Shown: in pieces, positions 41,263 to 52,771 of the stretch | Position numbering within the stretch: position 1 is the first letter of the stretch | Layout: every line of letters begins with the position of its first letter | NCBI GenBank assembly: GCA_965116025.1 | Contig: OZ220480.1 | Coordinates: 512,001 to 576,000, forward strand | Direction: 5' to 3' | Origin: an uncultured candidatus Porisulfidus sp. | GTDB taxonomy: Bacteria > Pseudomonadota > Gammaproteobacteria > Poriferisulfidales > Poriferisulfidaceae | Length of the DNA: 64,000 nt | Position numbers and translations under genes: made by a program | Notes under the pieces: model-generated | Told to the model about the DNA's origin: nothing | Databases searched by the model: none | The model's input: the letters and a program-made list of their open reading frames with translations, nothing else

Positions 41263-41843
41263 TGTTTCATCTGGGCTCGCACCCGGACGCCCGGCGCCTG
41301 CTGCGCTCGCGCCTCTACCTGATCGGGCTGGCGCTGGCCTTCGCCGGCCCCCTGATCGCCTCGGTCGTTCTGTACCACAATCCGCAGCTTCGCGGGAACA
41401 CGGGCGACGACAGCCATGGCTCCCTGATCTTGCCGCCCCGACCGCTGGGCCGCGACCTGTTCCGCCCCCCCGGACAGCCCCCGCGCTGGACCCTGCTCTA
41501 CCGCGCGAGCGCGGAGACCTGCGATCTCCAATGCGAGGCCACCCTCTTCATGATGCGCCAAGTCCACGAATCTCTAGGCTCCAGGCGCGCCCGCGCGCGG
41601 ATCTTGATCTGGCTCGACCGTCCGGGCCTGCGCGCGCGCTACGCGTCGGCGCTCGCGCGCTTCCCCCCAGAGCGGGCACGAATCCTCCCCGATTCCGGAT
41701 CGCTCGCGGACGATCTCCCCGCCGACGCCTTGCTCATCGTCGACCCCCTGGGGAACCTTCTGATGCGCTACGACGACCGGTCCACCTCCAAGGGGATCCT
41801 CGCGGACCTGAAGCGCCTGCTCGCCGCCTCCCGGATCGGCTGA
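41262..41843 (+). CDS. Cytochrome oxidase assembly-associated membrane protein (SCO/thioredoxin-like)
   Basis: N-terminal TM helix, G.LI.P, CDLQC, IVDPLGN.LMRY, DLKRLL..SRIG; typical position. Confidence 0.75.
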   Translation: MFHLGSHPDARRLLRSRLYLIGLALAFAGPLIASVVLYHNPQLRGNTGDDSHGSLILPPRPLGRDLFRPPGQPPRWTLLYRASAETCDLQCEATLFMMRQVHESLGSRRARARILIWLDRPGLRARYASALARFPPERARILPDSGSLADDLPADALLIVDPLGNLLMRYDDRSTSKGILADLKRLLAASRIG

Positions 41844-41848
41844 CTCCG

Positions 41849-42850
41849 ATGTGGTTCCGCCACCTTCTGCACCTGACCGCATGCCTGACGTTCCTCGTGG
41901 TGGTGGTCGGGGCCTTCGTGCGACTCACCGACGCCGGGCTCGGCTGCCCGGACTGGCCAGGATGTTACGGCCACCTCGCGTCGTTGCCGGAAACCGAGCG
42001 AGAGATCGCGGCCGCCCAGGCGCGGGACCCGCGCGGCGAGTATGACGCCGGAAAGGCGGCCCGCGAGATGCTGCACCGATATCTGGCTGGCGCGCTCGGT
42101 CTGCTGATCCTGGCGATGGCCGTCCTGTGCCGCTCCCGGCTCGGCGACGCTCGCCTCGCGCGCGGCGCGACGGCGCTGCTGGCCTTGGTCGTCCTGCAGG
42201 CCCTGCTCGGAATGTGGACCGTCACCCTGCAACTGAAGCCCTTGATCGTGACCCTGCACCTGCTGGGCGGCTTCGCGACCCTGGGTCTGGTCTGGTGGCT
42301 CGTCCTGCGCCATCATGACTGGCCGCGCCCAACCGTCCCGCCCGCGCCACGGGCGTTGCGGTATCTGCACGCCGCCGCGCTGATCGGACTCGTCGCGCAA
42401 ATCGCTCTAGGGGGCTGGACCAGCTCCAACTACGCCGCCCTCGCCTGCCCCGATTTTCCGACCTGCCGGGAACGATGGTGGCCCGACGACATCGACTTTT
42501 CCGAGGCTTTCGTGTTGTGGAGAGGACTCGGCGTCGACTACGAGCACGGGGTTCTGGACGGCCCGGCCCGTACCGCCATCCACGTCGCGCATCGGATCGG
42601 CGCGGTCGTGGCCGGCTCGCTGATCCTGGCCCTCGCGGTCGGGTCCCTCCGTAGCGGCCTCCGCGCTTGGCGCGCCAGCGGCTTGCTCCTCTTGGCGCTG
42701 CTGACCATTCAGATCTCGCTGGGCGTCGGCAACATCGTCCTGCATCTTCCGCTCGCCGTCGCCGTCGCGCACAACGCCTTCGCGGCGATTCTGCTGCTGG
42801 CGCTCCTCGCCCAGGGACGGCTTCAGCTCCGGCGCGGAGCCGGCCCGTGA
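41849..42850 (+). CDS. ctaA: Heme A synthase (COX15/CtaA)
   Basis: RLTDAGLGCPDWPGCYG, EMLHRY, ACPDFPTC, HRIGA, HN. Confidence 0.93.
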   Translation: MWFRHLLHLTACLTFLVVVVGAFVRLTDAGLGCPDWPGCYGHLASLPETEREIAAAQARDPRGEYDAGKAAREMLHRYLAGALGLLILAMAVLCRSRLGDARLARGATALLALVVLQALLGMWTVTLQLKPLIVTLHLLGGFATLGLVWWLVLRHHDWPRPTVPPAPRALRYLHAAALIGLVAQIALGGWTSSNYAALACPDFPTCRERWWPDDIDFSEAFVLWRGLGVDYEHGVLDGPARTAIHVAHRIGAVVAGSLILALAVGSLRSGLRAWRASGLLLLALLTIQISLGVGNIVLHLPLAVAVAHNAFAAILLLALLAQGRLQLRRGAGP

Positions 42851-43731
42851 TCCGCGCTTCCTCCTGGCGCGACTACTGGGAGATCACGAAACCGCGGGTC
42901 GTCGCGCTGATGACGTTCACCGCGCTGATCGGCATGGTGCTGGCCGACCCCCTGATGCGCGAGCCGCTGAAGATGCTGCACGGCGCGATCGGCATCACCC
43001 TGATGGCGGCCGCGGCCGCGGCGATCAACCAGATCGCCGACCAGCATGTCGACGCCCGTATGGACCGAACGCGATCCCGCCCCCTCCCGAGCGGCTCTCT
43101 GCGCGCGCCCCAAGCGCTTGGGTTCGCGGCCATCCTCGGAACGGGAGGCTTCGCGCTGCTCTTCGCCCAGGTCAACGGCCTGACGGCCTGGCTCACGCTG
43201 GGCTCCTTGATCGGATACGCGCTGATCTACACCCTCTACCTCAAGCGCGCCACGCCGCAGAACATCGTGATCGGGGGAGCCGCCGGAGCCACGCCCCCCC
43301 TGCTCGGCTGGGCCGCGGTCACCGGCGGTGTCGAGGCTGGCGCGCTGGCCCTGTTCCTGATCATTTTCGTGTGGACGCCGCCGCACTTCTGGGCTCTCGC
43401 CCTGCACCGCAAGGAAGATTACTCGAACGCCGATATCCCGATGCTTCCGGTCACGCACGGAGACCACCACACCCGGTTGCAGATCACGTTCTACACGCTG
43501 TTGCTGACCGCGACCAGCATGTTACCGTTCGTTATCCAACTGTCCGGCCGGGTGTATCTGGCCGGCGCGCTCGCGCTGAACGGCATCTTCCTGGCCTACG
43601 CGATCCGGATGCAGAAAGAGAGCAGCAACCGGCTCGCCATGCCAACCTTCACGTACTCGATCATCTACCTGATGGGGCTGTTCAGCCTGTTGCTCCTGGA
43701 CCGATATCTCGGCCTTTTCGGGATATCCTGA
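42847..43731 (+). CDS. cyoE: Heme O synthase (protoheme IX farnesyltransferase)
   Basis: TKPRV, D..M.RT..RPLP, LKR.TPQNIVIGG, WTPPHFWALA. Confidence 0.95.
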   Translation: MIRASSWRDYWEITKPRVVALMTFTALIGMVLADPLMREPLKMLHGAIGITLMAAAAAAINQIADQHVDARMDRTRSRPLPSGSLRAPQALGFAAILGTGGFALLFAQVNGLTAWLTLGSLIGYALIYTLYLKRATPQNIVIGGAAGATPPLLGWAAVTGGVEAGALALFLIIFVWTPPHFWALALHRKEDYSNADIPMLPVTHGDHHTRLQITFYTLLLTATSMLPFVIQLSGRVYLAGALALNGIFLAYAIRMQKESSNRLAMPTFTYSIIYLMGLFSLLLLDRYLGLFGIS

Positions 43732-43762
43732 TCCCGAGGTCGCGCGGTGGCTCAGGATATCC
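43721..43762. repeat. 11-bp inverted repeat spanning the cyoE stop
   Basis: GGATATCCTGA-n20-TCAGGATATCC. Confidence 0.5.
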
Positions 43763-44037
43763 TCGATCCTCCGGAATTCCCGTCCAGCTCCAAGACCCGA
43801 AAGGAAGATCGCCCGCGAGCCGATATCCCGACGCTTCCGGATCGCGCGCGGAAAACCGTCATGCCCGACGCTCCGTCACGCCGGGAATTCAGCGGAATCT
43901 ATGCGAGAATGCGGGAGTGGCGATAGGCGGGATCGTCGCGCTTGAAAATGGAATCACGTGATGATGGGAATGGGCGGCAAGAGGCGGGAACGCCTTGGAC
44001 TCATCGTTGAGAATAGCGATTCATCCGCGGGGGAGCC

Positions 44038-44937
44038 ATGAATCTGGAAATCCACCTTGGCGACTGCCTGGAAATCACGCCGAATTTCGAGTCCGGCTCT
44101 TTCGACCTGATCTACATCGATCCACCATTCAACACCGGGAAGACCCAATCCCGAAAACGTCTGAAGACGGTACGGGACAAGAATGGAGACCGCGCCGGAT
44201 TCCAGGGAAAGCGATATAAAACTCAAGTCGTGGGAGAGTCGTCTTTCGACGACGACTTCCATGACTTCGCGAAATTCCTTGAGCCGCGACTTAAGGAAGC
44301 GCGTCGACTCCTCTCGCCGCGGGGGTCGTTCTTTTTCCATATCGACTACCGCGAATCTCATTACTGCAAGGTGATGCTGGACAGAATTTTTGGCCGCGAG
44401 TCGTTCAAGAACGAGATCGTTTGGGCATACGATTACGGCGCGCGATCAAAAACGCGTTGGCCCTCCAAGCACGACAACATATTCTGGTACGCCAAGGATC
44501 CGGGCGGCTATACCTATCGCTACGACGACATTGACCGAATTCCCTACATGGCGCCCGGACTCGTGGGGCCGGAGAAGGCGGCGAAGGGAAAGACGCCGAC
44601 CGACGTATGGTGGCAGACGATCGTGAGTCCGAACGGAAAGGAAAAGACGGGATACCCCACGCAGAAGCCTATCGCTATTTTGAACCGTATAGTCCGCGTT
44701 CATTCGAACCCGGGCGACAGGATACTAGATTTTTTCGCCGGGAGCGGGACGACTGGCGAGGCGGCCATTCGGTCTGGACGGGCCGCCGTGCTGGTGGACA
44801 GCAATCCCGAAGCCATGCGAGTCATGAAGCATCGACTCGCGTTCGCTTCCCCGATCATCCACGGAGAAAAGCATGCCGTCGATCCAAGGCCCCGAGGTGG
44901 AGACGCTAGCGACCCGCTCGCGGACCCCGCGATCTGA
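44038..44937 (+). CDS. Site-specific DNA methyltransferase (N6-A/N4-C, beta class), orphan
   Basis: YIDPPF, NEIVW.Y, GYPTQKP, LDFFAGSGTT; no adjacent nuclease. Confidence 0.92.
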   Translation: MNLEIHLGDCLEITPNFESGSFDLIYIDPPFNTGKTQSRKRLKTVRDKNGDRAGFQGKRYKTQVVGESSFDDDFHDFAKFLEPRLKEARRLLSPRGSFFFHIDYRESHYCKVMLDRIFGRESFKNEIVWAYDYGARSKTRWPSKHDNIFWYAKDPGGYTYRYDDIDRIPYMAPGLVGPEKAAKGKTPTDVWWQTIVSPNGKEKTGYPTQKPIAILNRIVRVHSNPGDRILDFFAGSGTTGEAAIRSGRAAVLVDSNPEAMRVMKHRLAFASPIIHGEKHAVDPRPRGGDASDPLADPAI

Positions 44938-45040
44938 TTATCCAAGTGAAGCGTGAAAGCGATCACCCCGTCTGACCTCGCCGCCGAGCGCGGCTAGCCA
45001 AGCCCTGGGCGGGGGTGAGTTTTTCGTCAAAAAACGCCCC

Positions 45041-45153
45041 GAAAGCGCTCGCGTCCGACCCGAAACCGGGCCGAATCCTCGCCGCCGAGCGCCCGCGAAA
45101 TCTCGGACCGGCCAAAATCTTCAGAATCGATTAGCTCGGAGACCGAGGTGGAA
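45041..45153 (+). repeat. Direct repeat copy A (downstream of autotransporter 2)
   Basis: Shares CGAATCCTCGCCGCCGAGC (45072-45090) and TCAGAATCGATTAGCTCGGAGA (45121-45142) exactly with 49019-49136. Confidence 0.8.
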
Positions 45154-45512
45154 CCCAGATTTTGGGGAAATTTCTGAATGGTTTTACGCTTTCGCGGACG
45201 CGCCAATCGGATTTGAGGCGATGCCAAGGCCGGGTTCGGGTGAATTTTCGCGGTCAAAACTCGGATTCCGCCCGATTCTCGAGAGCGCGGGTTGGCTAGG
45301 CGCGAGGCTATACGGGCCACCGTCTTCCGAACGGCTTGTCTCTTTCCTGAAAGCACCAGCTTCGGACGTGAGAACGTGTTGTCCTAGGCCGAAAGGCCAG
45401 ACATTCGGCACGACGCGCTCCTGACATCCAGCGCGTGATCCGTCCAGAAGTCCACCTGCAACCTCCGGGCGCGCCGGATCAGTTTCGCGCTGAGGCCGTG
45501 ATCAGAAGCCGC

Positions 45513-48500
45513 TCAGAAGCGAACCCTCAGCAGGACGCTCGCGCCGTAATCATAATTGTCGCCATCCGACGCCGCGTAGTGAGCGTCCGCCGATAGCGTC
45601 GACTCCCCGCGCGCGTCCAGCGTCATCACGCCCCCGACGCCCAAACGCGCCCACGTGGACTCCGCCTCCGAGCGCAGGCGCGACCCCGACGCCATGACAT
45701 CCCGGCTCTCCGACAGCTCGCGCTCCATGTCCAAAGAGGCGTACGTCTGGCCGTTCTCCAGCAACATTCCGATCCGCGCTCTCACGCTGTCCTCCGAGCG
45801 AAACGACACCCGACCGCTTCCTGTAACGCCCGACACGTCGTCAAAGCCGTCGACGTCCACCCAAGTCCACGTCAATCCCCCGCGCGGAACCAGCGCGAAG
45901 CCATCCATCTCCATCCGCCTGCCGACCTCCACGCCGATCGCGTGACCCTCTCCGTCCAGACCGGACGCCACCATCCCCCGAGTCTCCGAGCTCAGGTCGA
46001 TGTCCTCGAAACGCGTGTACGAGAGCTCCCCATCCGCGTACCAGCCGTCCTCCCCCCGCCAGGTCGCCGAGGCCCCGACGCCCACGCCCGAGACCTTGAT
46101 CTTCCCGCCACGCGCGACGTCCGCCTCGCCGTCCCGGTAGCGCGCGCTCGCGCCCAGCGTCAACCCCGGCGTGTCCGTGGGAACGACGATGCCGGTCTCC
46201 ACGCCCCAGCGCTCGAAGTCCCAAGACAAATCATGCCCGGCCGTGTCCATCGCGGTCGTGGACATATCCGCCTCGCGCTCGCCGTCGCTCGCCATGACCC
46301 GCGCCCAAACGCCCCCGCCGTCCCGCGTCGCCGACAACCGCGCCTGACGACCGCCCGGCGCGCTCATCTCCAGCAGCACCGACGGCAGCGCCTCGTACAC
46401 TCGAGCCCGGGCGTGATACGCCCGGCCCGACTCCTCGAACTGGTGCCCGCCCTCGATCGTCTTCAGGGTGACCCTGGAGACGTCGTACACGCCGCGCGTC
46501 TCGAGGCCCGGGCTGAGCGCGTACTCCCCGTCCACCTTCACCCCGTCGAAGGTCGTCGTTCCACTGTTGAGCATCTTCCCCTTGACGTAGCCAATGCGTC
46601 CGACCGCGTCCTTCTTCATGGTGATGGTCAGCCCCCCGTCCGACTTCACCGCGGTTCCGGACGCCGCCTCGACCTTCGCCTTCGGCCCAACCACCAGCGT
46701 CCCGCCGTTCACCATCCGAACGCCAGCGTGGTCTCCATCGCCGCCCATTACCTTGCCGTTGATCGTGACCGTCTGGTCATATTGTCCCGCCCGGGCGTGG
46801 CTGGCGGCGAACGTCCGCTTGCCCTTGACATGCACCCCGTCCTTCTTGGCCTTCACCGTCGCCATCTCCCCCACCGTGACCTCGATCTTCCCGGCTTTCG
46901 TGGGATCGTCGTAAACGGTGGCGGTCTCCGCGTAGATCCCATACCCGTCGGCCATGATCGTTCCGCCCGACACGTCGACCGTGATCGGGATGATCATGAT
47001 GCCATCTCTCGAATTGTCCATATCTTTCACGTAGGCGAGAATGCCGTCGCCCTTCGACGTGATGGCCGCCTTTGACGTGATCTCGATCTCTCCGATCTCG
47101 GCGGTGTGCGTGGAAGGGTCGTTTCCGTCGAACGTCTTACCTTCAAGCGTCTGGAACTGCGAGCCTCCGTGGAAAGCGAAGACGCCGGCGGTCCGCGGCT
47201 TCAGGTCCGCCAGCTCCGTCTCGTGATCATCCGACAGATCGTCGAACGGGTTGGGCGCGTCGCCCGCGACGATCTCCCCCGCTAGGTGCTTCACCACCGC
47301 GTTTCCCCAGCCATAGTTCCAAGCGATCAGTCCGGAGCCGCTCGCGTGAACGAAGCCCTCGTTGGTGATCGTCATGTCGTTTCCGTCATCATCGTTGAGG
47401 GTCTGAGTGAATATGCCGTATCCGCCGACCGGAGTCTCCGCGGTACCGATCCGCGCCCCCGCGGAGATGTCTACCTTTATCGTCCCCCCGCTGGTGACCT
47501 GCTTAATCTCAACGCCGTGCCTGCCTATGGTCGGCTCATCCCCGTCCACGCCAATCCGCGCGCCGGGTTTCAGCGTCACCTCGACATCCCGATTGACCGG
47601 GTCATCGGGATCGACCGAATTGTACCGGTAGACGTAGATTCCCCTCCCGCCTCTGATCCCCCTCCCGCCGCTCCCCGTCCAGGCGATCTCGCCCGCGAGA
47701 TCCACCTTGATGAGTCCGCCTTTGTGGTAGGCGGAATAAACGTAAATTCCATCTCCCCCAAAATCAGTCTCCGTGTCACTCAGCCTGCCCGCCGTGATAA
47801 CGCCCCCCGTCACGTCGATCATCATCGGAACGATCGAATCTTCTTCGGAATTCTTGTCTCCTTCCGTCTCGACATGGATACCATGCGCGCGGGCCCAAAT
47901 ATCTCCGCTTGAGGTGATCGCGATCACGCTGCTGGAATCCTCGCCGGATGCCGGCGCGGTCGTGTCCACTTGTTTGACGTTTATGCCGTCGCGGCTGATT
48001 GTCGTATCATCCAGTGTAGCCACTCCGCCCGTGAGCGTTTCCGCGTAGAGGGGTCGTTGCCTCTTGCTTACGAGCGTTCCGTGGTTCGTGACCGTGACAT
48101 CGCCTCCCTTGAGGAGAGTGACATGAATTCCCTTACTGGTCACGCTGCCCTTCGCCGTCTCGACGGCGACATCTCCAGACCCCGCGTGGTACACCTGAAT
48201 TCCTCGGTAATACCCATAGATCTGGCCCCGGCTCATGATAGAGACGTCACCTTGGGCGGAAGAATTGCTGTAATACGCCAGAACGCCTTGACGCCCCACC
48301 GGAATCTCATCAGTTCCGATTCGCGCCTCGGTCCCGACCACAATCTCGATCTTGTCCGCTCTGCTAGGGTCGCCAGCTTTGTCGTTCTCGACGTGAATTC
48401 CGTGATTCCTTTGGCCCCGCAGATACTGGGGCTCGATGAAGGTCGCGCTGTACTGTTGACCGTTGAAAGTGTACGTGGCCGGGGTCGTCGTCCACCCCGC

Positions 48501-48936
48501 CTCGTTCACGACGCTCACTTTGCCTTCCAGCTTGACCGTCAGGGCGCTATCGCCGATCACGGTCACCCCGGAGCGCCGACTTCTGGTGTTAGGAGGAAGG
48601 AACGACCTGATGGTCGTCATCTCCCCGGAAGGCTTCACGGTCAGCGTCAGACCGCCCGTCTGACCCGTGTACTCGATGGGATTGGCATCGGCGTTATTAG
48701 TCCCGCCGTAGGTCGCGGCGGCGCAGGTGACCGTTTTGGCGGCGCTGACGGTGCCGCACTCGTCCGCCTCGGCGGAATGCGGAATCAGCGGAATGGAGAG
48801 AACGGCCGTCAATCCGGCCAGAACAGTCAGGAAACGAGGGCTATGCCCCCCCCCCCCCCCCCCCCCCTATGCGGGAAGACGACGAGGCGACGCGAAGCGC
48901 GGCGCGAATCTCGAAAACGGAAAGGTTCTTGGTCAT
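45513..48936 (-). CDS. Autotransporter (type Va) adhesin-like protein 2, frameshifted at a poly-G tract in the signal region
   Basis: Full-length paralog of autotransporter 1, ending LLRVRF. ATG 48936 (GAGG RBS, TATAAT at 48977-48982) is +1 out of frame across G22 and stops at TAG 48841-48843. Confidence 0.88.
48846..48867 (-). repeat. G22 homopolymer (simple sequence repeat)
   Basis: 22 consecutive C on the + strand. Confidence 0.9.
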
Positions 48937-49018
48937 TATTCGTCCCTCTTCAAGGATCAGTCTCGCATGGCCGCGCATTATACGATGCCCCGGCACTAGC
49001 GCGCCTCCCTACTTGGTC

Positions 49019-49136
49019 GAAACCGCTCGCTTCCAAACCAAAAATCGGGTCGAATCCTCGCCGCCGAGCATGTGCGCGAAATTCTTTGACAGACGAGAAC
49101 CGTCAGAATCGATTAGCTCGGAGATCAAGGGTGGAA
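49019..49136 (+). repeat. Direct repeat copy B (upstream of autotransporter 2)
   Basis: Blocks 49051-49069 and 49103-49124 are identical to blocks in copy A. Confidence 0.8.
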
Positions 49137-49253
49137 AAAAACTCTTATTCGACCCAATGGACACGTGCTATAGTTGTAATGATTCACCCTCTGACGAGGC
49201 TTGATGGCTCGATCCTTGAGTGAATCACCAGTTCTATTTGCGAGGTTACTGAT

Positions 49254-49781
49254 ATGAAACGCGACTTGATCCTGCCAGCCGCCATAGGCGCGCTTGGAAT
49301 CGTTTTCGCTCCCTTGACCATGAACCAGGTCTCTTTTCCGGGAGCGACCCTGTCCACCGCTATCGCCAGCGGTCACGCGCATGTGGACCACCCGGACGCG
49401 GCGCGCGCCCAAGCGATGGTGAACCAAGCCCTGAAACATCTGGACGAGCGTGGGGCTTCTTCCCTGATCGAGAAAGTTAACGCGGCCGGTCCCGAGTTTC
49501 ACCAAGGCGAGATCTACGTGTTCGTCCTGAGCCGCGACGGAACCATCGTCGCGCACCCGATCGATCCGAGTCTGGTAGGAAAGGGTCCCCAAGAGCACAC
49601 CGATTCGGCCGGCAACGCGTTCCTTGTGGAAATGGCCGCGACGGCCGCCAGCCACCCGGACGGCACCTGGGTCGACTACCGATGGTGGAACCCGGTCACG
49701 GAGAAAGAGGAGCCCAAATCCAGTTGGGTCATGATGCGCGACGGCCATATCGTCGGCGCCGGCGTCTACCGAAAAGACTAA
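49254..49781 (+). CDS. Stand-alone periplasmic Cache-domain protein
   Basis: Signal/TM segment; A.AMV..A, F..GEIYVFV, AHP, D..G..F, G.WVDY.W.NP, K.SWV, VGAGVY single-Cache pattern; GAGG RBS. Confidence 0.85.
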   Translation: MKRDLILPAAIGALGIVFAPLTMNQVSFPGATLSTAIASGHAHVDHPDAARAQAMVNQALKHLDERGASSLIEKVNAAGPEFHQGEIYVFVLSRDGTIVAHPIDPSLVGKGPQEHTDSAGNAFLVEMAATAASHPDGTWVDYRWWNPVTEKEEPKSSWVMMRDGHIVGAGVYRKD

Positions 49782-49808
49782 TCGCGCGAGCGCCCGCGCG
49801 GGAGGCAC

Positions 49809-50870
49809 TCAGCCTTCCGCGGTTTGGCCTGAACCGGTTCGGAACCGATGCACCTCGTCGATCAGGCAGGCGAGGCGCTCGGGGTCGATATCTGGCGTGA
49901 TGCCGTGTCCAAGATTGAACACGTGCCCCGGATGAGGGCCGTAATCCTCTAGCAGGGCGCGCGCGGCGGCGCGCAGGTCTTTCTCGTCCGCGCGCAACAT
50001 GGCGGGATCCAGGTTGCCCTGCAGGGCGCAAGAATGTCCGACCTCCTCGCGCGCGGCGCGCAAGTCGACGGTCTCGTCCAAACCGATCGCCTCGCAACCG
50101 GTCGCGCTGACCTCGCTCAGTCTTCCTCCCCCGCCGCGCGCGAACACGACGCGTGGAACGGCCGACCCCAGCTTCTCCAGAACGCGTCCGACCGGGCGGA
50201 GCGAGAAGCGGACGTAATCCTCGCCCTCCAGAATGCCTCCCCAACTATCGAAAATCATCACCACGTCGGCGCCCGCCTCAACCTGCGCCTCCAGATACAG
50301 CGCCACGGAATCCGTCAGAATCGAAAGCAACCGGTCCAGCTGATCCGGCTCGGACTTCCGAAATTCGGTCACGCGCGCGAAGCCGTTGCGCCCTCTTCCC
50401 TCAATCATGTAGGTCGCCAGCGTCCAAGGACTGCCGGCGAAGCCGATCACCGGAATTCGCTCCCCAATCTCGCGGGAGAGCAAAGACACCGCGTCGCTGA
50501 CGTAGCGGAGCTCCTGACGCGGATCTGGAACCCCGAGCGCCCGGATATCGGCCGGGCCGCGGATCGGGCGCTCAAAATACGGCCCGGAACCGTCCGCGAA
50601 GCCGAGTCCTAGGCCCATCGCGTCCGGTATGGTCAGAATGTCGGAAAACACGATCGCCGCGTCCAGCGGATAGCGTCGCATCGGCTGCAGGGCCGCCTCG
50701 CAAGCGTATTCCGGCGTGCGGCACAAATTAAGGAAACTCCCAGCGCGCGCGCGCAACTCCCGATACTCCGGGAGATAGCGCCCGGCCTGGCGCATGATCC
50801 ATACGGGCGCGCGGTCGGTCGGCCGCCGTCGCAAAGCGCGAAGGAATCGGTCGTTCTCCGGGGTCGGCAT
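49809..50870 (-). CDS. hemE: Uroporphyrinogen decarboxylase
   Basis: PVWIMRQAGRYLPEY, FSDIL, GSPWTLATY, QGNLDP, FNLGHGI. Confidence 0.97.
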   Translation of the reverse strand: MPTPENDRFLRALRRRPTDRAPVWIMRQAGRYLPEYRELRARAGSFLNLCRTPEYACEAALQPMRRYPLDAAIVFSDILTIPDAMGLGLGFADGSGPYFERPIRGPADIRALGVPDPRQELRYVSDAVSLLSREIGERIPVIGFAGSPWTLATYMIEGRGRNGFARVTEFRKSEPDQLDRLLSILTDSVALYLEAQVEAGADVVMIFDSWGGILEGEDYVRFSLRPVGRVLEKLGSAVPRVVFARGGGGRLSEVSATGCEAIGLDETVDLRAAREEVGHSCALQGNLDPAMLRADEKDLRAAARALLEDYGPHPGHVFNLGHGITPDIDPERLACLIDEVHRFRTGSGQTAEG

Positions 50871-50878
50871 CGCGGAGG

Positions 50879-52339
<1,461 letters not shown>

Positions 52340-52549
52340 TCAGCGGTAGCGCGGTCGAAACTGTTTGGACAACCGCTTGGCGTTGCGCTTGACCGCGGCC
52401 GCGGCCTTGCGCTTGCGCACCTCGGTCGGTTTCTCGTAGCACTCGCGACGACGGGCTTCCGAAAGCACTCCCGATCGCTCGCAGGCGCGACGAAATCGAC
52501 GAATCGCAATGTCGAAAGGCTCGTCTTCCTTGACCCGAATTCCAGGCAT
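52340..52549 (-). CDS. rpsU: 30S ribosomal protein S21
   Basis: MP.I.VKE.EPFD.A.RRF.R.CE, YEKPT..RKRK.AAAVKR. Confidence 0.96.
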   Translation of the reverse strand: MPGIRVKEDEPFDIAIRRFRRACERSGVLSEARRRECYEKPTEVRKRKAAAAVKRNAKRLSKQFRPRYR

Positions 52550-52736
52550 GTAACTCTGTGACAGAAAAATGGAACGCGTATTGTACATGGTCAGCGCGTC
52601 AGACTCCGAACGTTCCAGAAACGCGATAATTACGTCGGCACCACATTCCTTCCAGATCGCGCCGCCTTGATCCAGGTGCCGACTAGCAACATTTCAACTG
52701 ACGTCCGATAGGATTTCGGACGCGCGCGCCTTGGAT

Positions 52737-52765
52737 TTCCAAGTTTTCGATTTTTGTGGTATAGT
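52737..52765 (+). promoter_or_regulatory. Sigma70-like promoter of the NYN cassette (unit 1)
   Basis: TTCCAA-17 bp-TATAGT with extended TG (52757-52758); CTTGGA-TT-TCCAAG palindrome over the -35. Confidence 0.6.
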
Positions 52766-52771
52766 GCTTAT

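Noticed and set aside
48810-48812. TTG start of autotransporter 2 from the ORF track
   Set aside because: No RBS, and it lies in the middle of the hydrophobic signal region; the upstream ATG across the G tract has an RBS, a -10 box and paralog support.
30364-48936. Diversity-generating retroelement or invertase shufflon acting on the autotransporters
   Set aside because: No reverse transcriptase or recombinase in the window; differences are not adenine-specific, and the repeats are direct rather than inverted.
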